Program-made: the position numbers and the translations under genes | The notes under the pieces: generated by a model | Seen by the model: the letters and a program-made list of their open reading frames with translations, nothing else | The model's database searches: none | Told to the model about the DNA's origin: nothing | In this document: positions 1-6,144 of the stretch, piece by piece | How the letters are laid out: each line of letters opens with the position of its first letter | How positions within the stretch are numbered: the stretch's first letter is position 1 | Assembly: GCF_006345805.1 (NCBI RefSeq) | Contig: NW_021829033.1 | Location: forward strand, 1-7,004 | DNA from: Octopus sinensis | Taxonomy: Eukaryota | Direction of reading: 5' to 3' | Length of the DNA: 7,004 nucleotides

Positions 1-466
1 AGGCTAATTAACAATAATTATTAACCTATTAAACAATATTAAACTTATTTATTTAATCCTAAGGCTAATTAGACGTTATTAATATTAAACGTTATTTAAT
101 TTAATCTTAAGGCTAATTAGAAGATAGAGTATCTGAAAAATTATTAACAATATAAACGTTATTTAATTTAATCTTAAGGCTAATTAACAATAATTATTAA
201 CAATATTAAACAATATTAAACGTTATTTAATTTAATCCTAAGGCTAATTAACAATAATTATTGACAATATTAACAATATTAAACGTTATTTAATTTAATC
301 TTAAGGCTAATTAACAATATTATTAACAATATTAAACAATATTAAACGTTATTTAATTAATCCTAAGGCTAATTAACAATAATTATTAACAATATTAAAC
401 AATATTAAACTTTATTTAATTTAATCCTAAGGCTAATTAGAAGATAGAGTATCTGGAAAATTATTA
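1..466. repeat. AT-rich minisatellite, ~62-64 bp unit with variant units; continues beyond window start
   Basis: Units begin with AAGGCTAATTA at ~1 (first A missing), 61, 109, 176, 240, 303, 365 and 429. Typical unit AAGGCTAATTAACAATAATTATTAACAATATTAAACAATATTAAACGTTATTTAATTTAATC(C/T)T, with an internal ~10-bp AACAATATTA sub-repeat. Confidence 0.97.
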
Positions 467-910
467 TATCGAGAACAGATATTGAAAATGTAACAAATGT
501 AAACAAACAAAATGACGATCGCAACTTTAACTAAGATGTGGGCCTAAGTGAAAGATAAATAGAATAATAATAAAATATGAAATAGATGAAATTGATACTT
601 AATCCAACAATGTGGTCTGGATTATTATTTTTTTTTTTGGGTTACGGGATTTTTTTCAGGAGAGATGCTTCGTTTTTCTTTCTTGCAGGAGATAACTTGA
701 TTCAGTTATTTTTGCACCATGTGCGTTTTCGGCGAAAATGAAAATTACTGTGTATATGTATATTTTATATATATATTTTTTAAAATATTTTTAACCAAAG
801 TGTTGTAGTGATCTCTATGACTTAGAGTTTTACGTTTTGCAACTACAGTGGGTTATTTCACCGATCTATGCAAACTTTTTCACAGAGAACAGGCAATACG
901 TCTCTCTCTG

Positions 911-948
911 TTAAAAACGGAACCGGATATCTTAAAAACGGAACCGGA
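911..948. repeat. Perfect 17-bp direct repeat, 21-bp period
   Basis: TTAAAAACGGAACCGGA at 911-927 and 932-948. Confidence 0.95.
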
Positions 949-958
949 AACTGCATAG

Positions 959-1240
959 TTTTTTTGTTTTATTTTCCTTGATTCAGTACTGCAGCCGTGC
1001 TGAAGCACCGGCTTTAGTCAAACTAATCGACCCCAGGATGTATTCTTTGTAAGCCTAGTACTTATTCTGTTGGTGTGTTTTGCTAAACAGCTAAGTTACG
1101 GGGATGTAAACACAGCAACATCGGTTATCAAGTGACGGTGGGTGTACAAAGATACACACACAAATATACACATAAATACGACAGTCTTCTTTCAGTTTCC
1201 GTGTACGAAATCCACAGTCTTTGGTGGGCCTGAGGCTATA

Positions 1241-1242
<2 letters not shown>
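959..1242 (-). mobile_element. 5'-truncated SINE, same family as 3952-4438 (octopus CORE-type tRNA SINE)
   Basis: Reverse complement is colinear with 3952-4438: CTATAGCCTCAGGCCCACCAAAG vs CTATAGCCTCGGGCCGACCAAAG, ACGGAAACTGAAA, GTCGTA, CGATGTTG, AACTTAGCTG and the CGGTGCT.CAGCA tail. The tRNA head is missing; the copy breaks at a (TG)n(TA)n tract. Confidence 0.9.

Positions 1243-1270
<28 letters not shown>
1241..1270. repeat. (TG)n(TA)n microsatellite
   Basis: Direct reading: GTGTGTGTGT followed by (AT)10. Confidence 0.95.
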
Positions 1271-1271
<1 letters not shown>

Positions 1272-1692
1272 GATATGCATATGTGGGCACAGGACGTCAC
1301 GAAACGTGTACAACAAAAAAATACGAAGCACGAGTACATGGAACATGAACTATTCTTTCGAGAAACGAAAGACATAAATGGAAAACAAAACAAACAACAT
1401 AAAGAACAACCCATAATCAGTTGTTGGCTGTTTTCTACTCTCGTATTTCGAGTATTTAATAACAATATACGCTTTCGATAAAACAGTTGCCCCCGCAAAA
1501 CAAATTTTAAAAAATTTGGTATATTTCAGAGGGTCAAAATTGGTAACGCAAACTAGGCAGTGAAAACAACGAGGAAGGGCTGCTGAGCCTAAACGAGGTT
1601 GTGGTGGCGAACGCGTAAATCAAGCATGGACAGGAGACAGACAAGAACACGTCTTTCTCGTTCCAGCTACAACTGATATATATATATATATT

Positions 1693-2066
1693 TATTATTA
1701 TTATTTTTAAAAATTTTATCTAGTTTCAGCTCACGAGCTGTGGCCATGCTGGGGCACCGCCATTTGGTGTTGCTACATGATTTTACTTCACGAATGCTTT
1801 TTAGTAATTGCCATTTGGTGCATGAGAGAGTTCGATGCAGCTACTCTCATCTGCACCTCCTGCCTTGAAGTTGGTTCATCTGGGACACCTGACAGGAAGA
1901 GATCCAGTTTTATTTTAAAGACATCTGCATCCACCCCATGCAGGTCTCTCAGGTCCTTCGGGAGGATATTGAAGAACTGTGGGCCTCTGAAGCCCAGGCT
2001 ATCACAGTATCTTGTCCTACATCTTGATGGCAAATTTGGAGTCCTTGGCACTATGCAGTGACACCC
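1693..2066 (-). mobile_element. 5'-truncated non-LTR retrotransposon (CR1/L2-type LINE) 3' fragment: ORF2 C-terminus, 3' UTR hairpin and (ATA)-rich tail
   Basis: Minus frame 2066-1788 encodes GCHCIVP...SLGFRGPQFFNILPKDLRDLHGVDADVFKIKLDLFLSGVPDEP...AASNSL, the GP.LFN.LP / FK..LD.FL pattern of CR1/L2-group ORF2 C-termini. It is followed by a short UTR with the hairpin CAGCT-CGTG-AGCTG and an A/ATA tail. ATATATATATATT lies on both flanks (1680-1692, 2067-2079). Confidence 0.88.
1788..2066 (-). pseudogene. LINE ORF2 C-terminal remnant (92 codons plus stop, still open); the ORF-track start at 2144 lies in flanking DNA
   Basis: Recognisable LINE motifs start after the (TA) tract at 2067-2078; stop TGA at 1790-1788. 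Confidence 0.8.
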
Positions 2067-2187
2067 ATATATATATATTCTCTTCAGGAAGCGTCCACAC
2101 GACAGATCTGTTTCTCCTTGTCTGACCACAGTATACTTTCTCATCTTCCAAATTTTATTCTAAATATTTGTCAATTGTTTCCAAATG

Positions 2188-2382
2188 TCAACACATTTCT
2201 GTGATTTCTTCCCCGCTTTCGTTTCCGCTGAAGTCATTCTCATTGAGGACCTCAAATTGGACATCACGCGGATTAATCACACAAGTCTGGAGAGTCATTC
2301 GAAGTTCATTGACGATTCTCCTCTTCCTCAAGCAGTAACTTGCAAATTCGTAAAAATTAAAATATAATAGTGATTCAGTCGA
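2188..2382 (-). other. Candidate coding exon or pseudo-exon (64 open codons, no start codon), possibly a receptor juxtamembrane segment
   Basis: Frame reads ...[51 protein letters not shown]. The region is less AT-rich than its flanks and the mirror plus frame (2185-2367) is also open. Splice signals are weak. Confidence 0.25.
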
Positions 2383-2383
2383 T

Positions 2384-2401
2384 TATATATATATATATAT
2401 G

Positions 2402-2453
<52 letters not shown>

Positions 2454-2587
2454 ATAATATATATATATATATATATATATAACATATATATACATACATA
2501 CATACATACATACGTATATATATATATGTATATACATATATATACGCTTGTATAGAGTCGTGTATATGCATGTATATATATATATAT

Positions 2588-2628
<41 letters not shown>

Positions 2629-2765
2629 ATATATACATATATGTACATACATATATTGAGACATTATTTGAATCTATATTTAATATATATAACCGTATAT
2701 ATATATAATATCTATATTATATATATATACATATATAATGTAATACACCATAAACAAGCATACAT

Positions 2766-2832
<67 letters not shown>

Positions 2833-2890
2833 ATATATATATATATAATATTATACTATATATTATATATATATATATATAATATATACC
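2384..2890. repeat. Long interrupted compound microsatellite (TA)n/(TACA)n/(CA)n
   Basis: About 500 bp dominated by TA repeats with short unique islands; source of the Y/I-rich ORFs. Confidence 0.97.
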
Positions 2891-3479
2891 TAGATATTCA
2901 TAAAACTTCTTTCAGCTTTCAGTAAACAAGTATTGTCCTTTCTTAAAGAAACTAAAAAATATATATAATAAAAAAAAGAAACAAAAAAAACAACGCAATA
3001 ATATTTTGTGTTCTACTCTGAAAGCTATTTAATTTCATGCCATCTCAACTAAAAAGAATAGAACGAACAACAACAACAAAATTTTAAATATACATTTATA
3101 ACTGTCAATTTATCTATGTGATATTTTTAATAAAATATTTGCAAATAAAAACAATGTCCTAAAACGCAGTGAAAAACCATTAAAGAGAAAAACATAGCGA
3201 AAGCAAAAAGAATAAAACATACGAAAAACTTTAAAGGAAACAGAATACTAACAACAAAGCCCAATAGCTTTAGTTTAGGTACTCTAAAGGGACAAACGGA
3301 TAGTGTATTTAAAATAGCTGCTATAAATGTGAGTGTTATCATCTAAAACAGCACATCTAGATTAAATTGATCTATATTTGAAATTTTGTTACACGTAGAA
3401 AAAAAAAAAATTGAAAGAATGTCGTTACAAAACCCTTATAAACTGTCAATTGTATATGAGTGTGCTTGTCAATAAATAT

Positions 3480-3641
3480 TTATGTGTGTATGTGTGTGTG
3501 TATGTGTGTATGTATGCATGTATGTACGTATATATATATGTGTGTGTATATGCATATATGTGTATATAGATATATTTATATATATATTTATATATACATA
3601 TATATATTTCACACACAACTTTCTCACCTAATATATATATA

Positions 3642-3679
<38 letters not shown>

Positions 3680-3683
3680 TGTA

Positions 3684-3734
<51 letters not shown>

Positions 3735-3826
3735 ATACATATATATTTATATATATATATATACATATATATTTATATATTTATACGGCTATATATATAA
3801 TACGTATGTGTGCGTGTGTGTATACA
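3480..3826. repeat. Compound microsatellite (TG)n/(TATG)n/(TA)n
   Basis: Direct reading; one short unique island at ~3609-3632. Confidence 0.96.
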
Positions 3827-3836
3827 CTCAAACATA

Positions 3837-3910
3837 TAGAAAGAAACAGATAGACACACAGACAGCCAACCAACCAGCCAGCCAACCAGATAGACAGACA
3901 GATAGATAGT
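3837..3910. repeat. Compound tetranucleotide repeat (ACAG/CCAA/CCAG/ATAG)
   Basis: AGAAAGAAACAGATAGACACACAGACAGCCAACCAACCAGCCAGCCAACCAGATAGACAGACAGATAGATAG. Confidence 0.9.
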
Positions 3911-3951
3911 TAGAATATACAATGCACCATGTTTGATGAATATTATTACAA

Positions 3952-4117
3952 ATGCGCAGGCGTGGCTGTGTGGTAAGAAGTTTGCTTCCCAACCACATGG
4001 ATCCGGTTTCTGTCCCATTGCGTGGCACCTTGGAGGTGTCCTTTACTATAGCCTCGGGCCGACCAAAGCTTTTGTAACTGGATTTGGTAGACGGAAACTG
4101 AAATTAGTTAGTCGTCG

Positions 4118-4149
<32 letters not shown>

Positions 4150-4204
4150 TATATATATAATATATATTCTATATATATATATATATAGACACACATATAT
4201 GTGT

Positions 4205-4236
<32 letters not shown>

Positions 4237-4438
4237 TTGTGTCTATCTCTGTGTGTCTGTGTTTGTCTCCCCGCTGTAGCTTGACAAACGATGTTGGTTT
4301 GTCCTGAAACTTAGCTGCTCAACGAAAGATATCGATAGAATACGTCCTAGGGTTGATTTCTTCAACTAAATGCGGTGCTCCAGCATGACTGCAGTCAAAT
4401 GAATGAAACAAGTAAAAGAATAAAACAATAAAAGAATA
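3952..4438 (+). mobile_element. Full-length tRNA-derived SINE (octopus CORE-type) with an expanded internal microsatellite
   Basis: A-box-like TGGCTGTGTGG at 3963-3973 and a degenerate B-box GGTTTCTGTCCC at 4005-4016. CORE-like ACCTTGGAGGTGTCC follows, then the LINE-like tail GCGGTGCTCCAGCATG and terminal (AAAAGAAT)-type repeats. A second copy at 959-1242 confirms it is a repeat. Family assignment is recalled, not searched. Confidence 0.9.
4118..4266. repeat. (TA)n then (TG)n microsatellite inside the SINE
   Basis: Lies between GTCGTCG and CTCCCC, at the position where the 959-1242 copy has only a ~33-nt spacer. Confidence 0.95.
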
Positions 4439-4472
4439 TATATATGTGTGTGTGTATGTGTGCGTTTGTGTA

Positions 4473-4803
4473 TCGGGGACCCCCTTTGGTCATGAATGAC
4501 CATGAGATTGCACCTACAAAGTTACCCTTCGAGGCACAAGTCCGGGCAAGGTTGTTAATGGAAGACCAGCCCATGCATACCAGCCTCCCCTCTTCACGCC
4601 ACTGATGTTATGCAATGAAAAGACAAAAGCCGATACAGCTTGGCACCAGTGACGGCGCAACTCATTTCTACAGCTGAGTTAACTGGAGCAACGTGAAATA
4701 AAGTGTCTTGCTCAATAACACAACACGCAGCCCGGTCCGGGAATCGAAGTCACAACCTCACGATCGTATGCACGACGCTCTAACCACTGAGCCATGCGCC
4801 TTC
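4473..4803 (-). mobile_element. tRNA-derived CORE-SINE (second family), apparently full length
   Basis: The minus strand has a near-canonical A box TGGCTCAGTGG (4794-4784) and B box GACTTCGATTCCC (4751-4739). The CORE-like TTGAGCAAGACACTTTATTTCAC...CTCAGCTGTAGAAATGAGT follows, and a terminal hairpin TGGTCA-N4-TGACCA lies at 4487-4502. Confidence 0.88.
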
Positions 4804-4810
4804 ACTTGTG

Positions 4811-4890
4811 CATACACACACACGCACACGCACACACACACACACACACACATACCAACACACACACCACACCACACACACACACACACA

Positions 4891-4949
<59 letters not shown>

Positions 4950-4958
4950 TATGTATAT
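4811..4958. repeat. (CA)n followed by (TA)n microsatellite
   Basis: Direct reading; source of the HT- and YI-repeat ORFs. Confidence 0.96.
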
Positions 4959-5209
4959 GGCCCTCGATTCAGAAATACAAGGTAACGTATTTCTGTCTAT
5001 AAAGCCATAATGACCGTTAAGTCATCGCTTGCGATACGATTCGTCTTGTTGTCTCACTCCTCAGTCGTGTATATAATTCAGTGATTAACATGAGGCCTGG
5101 AGATCGAGGTCATGCAACTTTCTTACTGGTTCGAATACGACCCGAAACTATTTTAAATTGTATTTATATACATCACAACAAAGTGCTTGTATTCCGTATC
5201 TTACTTATG

Positions 5210-5225
5210 GTGAGTCACAACCAAT
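5210..5225. promoter_or_regulatory. AP-1-type site GTGAGTCAC next to a CCAAT box
   Basis: TGAGTCA at 5211-5217 and CCAAT(CA) at 5221-5227. Motif match only; function untested. Confidence 0.3.
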
Positions 5226-5302
5226 CACAGTACGATGAGGGGAATATAATGAGAGATATCCATCGCTTGTCAGTGCGCAGCGTTCCGTCGTTTACATATC
5301 TG

Positions 5303-5340
5303 ATGCTGAAGAGGAGATAACTACCCTGAAATGCATTCAT
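5303..5340 (+). ncRNA. Degenerate minimal type I hammerhead-ribozyme-like motif (Penelope-like element type)
   Basis: ATG | CTGAAGA (5306-5312) | imperfect stem II GGAG-ATAA-CTACCCT | GAAA (5328-5331) | palindromic helix III ATGCAT (5331-5336) | T | CAT pairing with ATG. Helix I is only 3 bp and stem II is damaged. Confidence 0.4.
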
Positions 5341-5430
5341 ACATCACCCTGGTTAGAAATAGCTCCTAATTGATATTTTCTATGACAATTTTCTCGATGA
5401 CAAAATACAGAGAATGGCTTTCTTACATGT

Positions 5431-5451
5431 TGGAATATGACTCATATTCCA
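5431..5451. repeat. Perfect 21-bp palindrome centred on ATGACTCAT
   Basis: TGGAATATGA-C-TCATATTCCA: 10-bp arms that are exact reverse complements. Confidence 0.95.
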
Positions 5452-5710
5452 TATGAGTTCATAACATATTTGAACTGGTAACAAGTTTGTCTTTATACAC
5501 ATCGCTGCTTAGCGCACACGCACATATATGTACGTACATAACATTTCTTAAATAAGCAATGTCATTTAATAAATGCAGTTCAAATAACCAGGTAGAAACT
5601 CACATCTTGGCCTATGTTGTTATTCTATAGTTGTTATTCTTATTCAACAGGTGTTAGGTCAAAAGTAAGCATATTCAGAAGGTATGCTGCAGTATACATA
5701 TTCTTTTTAA

Positions 5711-5730
5711 TATTATTATTATTATTATTA
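5711..5730. repeat. (TTA)n microsatellite abutting the SINE 5' end
   Basis: TATTATTATTATTATTATTA. Confidence 0.9.
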
Positions 5731-5948
5731 GGCAGTGAGCTGGCAGAATCGTTAGCACGCCGGACAAAATACTTAGCGGCACTTCGTCCGTCCTCACGTT
5801 CTGATTTCAAATTCCGCCGTGGTCGACTTTGTCTTTTATCCTATCGGGGTCGATGAAATAAGCACCAGTTGAACCATGGGGTCGATGTGAGCGACTACCT
5901 CCCTCCCACCAAATTTCAGGTCTTGTGCTTTTAGTGGAAAGGATTATT
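5730..5948 (+). mobile_element. tRNA-derived SINE (third family)
   Basis: A-box-like TGGCAGAATCG (5741-5751) and B-box-like GATTTCAAATTCC (5803-5815). The central GTCGACTTTGTCTTTTATCCTATCGGGGTCGATGAAATAAGCACCAG resembles, from memory, the Meta-SINE-type central domain. It ends in GGATTATT. Confidence 0.82.
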
Positions 5949-5974
5949 ACCATGCTGTGAGGTACTTGTGAGTA

Positions 5975-5977
5975 TGT

Positions 5978-6024
<47 letters not shown>

Positions 6025-6031
6025 GTGTGTG
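5975..6031. repeat. (TG)n microsatellite
   Basis: Direct reading. Confidence 0.96.
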
Positions 6032-6144
6032 TTCACCTCTACGCCAGTGTGCGTGATGTCTTCGAATAATGTGTGAATATTTGTATGTATCACAATGTGG
6101 GTAACATTGGTAGATGTACAAATTCAGCTTCGTACAAGATGTAA

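Noticed and set aside
1-466. CRISPR-like array
   Set aside because: Units are contiguous tandem copies with no unique spacers, there are no cas genes, and the context is eukaryotic.
671-720. Strong plus-strand splice acceptor (TTTTTCTTTCTTGCAG|G at 688) with possible GTGCGT donor at 721
   Set aside because: It would give a 32-nt exon with no recognisable peptide; such signals are common by chance in T-rich DNA.
1283-1314. Hammerhead 3' half (GTG...CAC GAAA CGTG TA CAAC)
   Set aside because: No CTGANGA core upstream, so it cannot be called a ribozyme.
1091-1498. ORFs 1091-1498(-), 1142-1348(+), 1245-1481(+)
   Set aside because: They run across SINE and microsatellite sequence and have no protein-like signature.
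1580-1617. Hammerhead-like CTGCTGA GCC...GGC GAA CGCG TA
   Set aside because: Two core defects (CTGC instead of CTGA, GAA instead of GAAA) and no helix I pairing.
1777-2061. 94-aa plus-strand ORF
   Set aside because: Antisense shadow of the LINE ORF2 fragment.
2328-2925. Several Y/I-rich ORFs, and likewise those at 3446-4028 and 4708-5010
   Set aside because: Translations of stop-poor (TA)n/(CA)n/(TG)n microsatellites.
3127-3342. 71-aa hydrophobic minus-strand ORF resembling a transmembrane protein
   Set aside because: F/L/V richness follows from the T-rich strand; there is no convincing donor or family motif. The plus-strand GTGAGT at 3329 also lacks a good upstream acceptor.
3096-3451. 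AACTGTCAATT direct repeat (3100-3110, 3441-3451) as the TSD of a ~330-bp retro-insertion with an A12 run at ~3399-3410
   Set aside because: An 11-mer match is expected by chance at this AT content, and the A run is not adjacent to the repeat.
3933-4160. 75-aa ORF, and ORFs 5614-5856(+) and 5807-6121(-)
   Set aside because: They lie over SINE heads and microsatellites.
4730-4803. tRNA gene on the minus strand
   Set aside because: A and B boxes are present but I could not fold a full cloverleaf, and it continues directly into a CORE domain, so it is a SINE head.
5527-5540. 14-bp palindrome TATGTACGTACATA
   Set aside because: Low-complexity TA/CA-derived sequence in which palindromes arise trivially.
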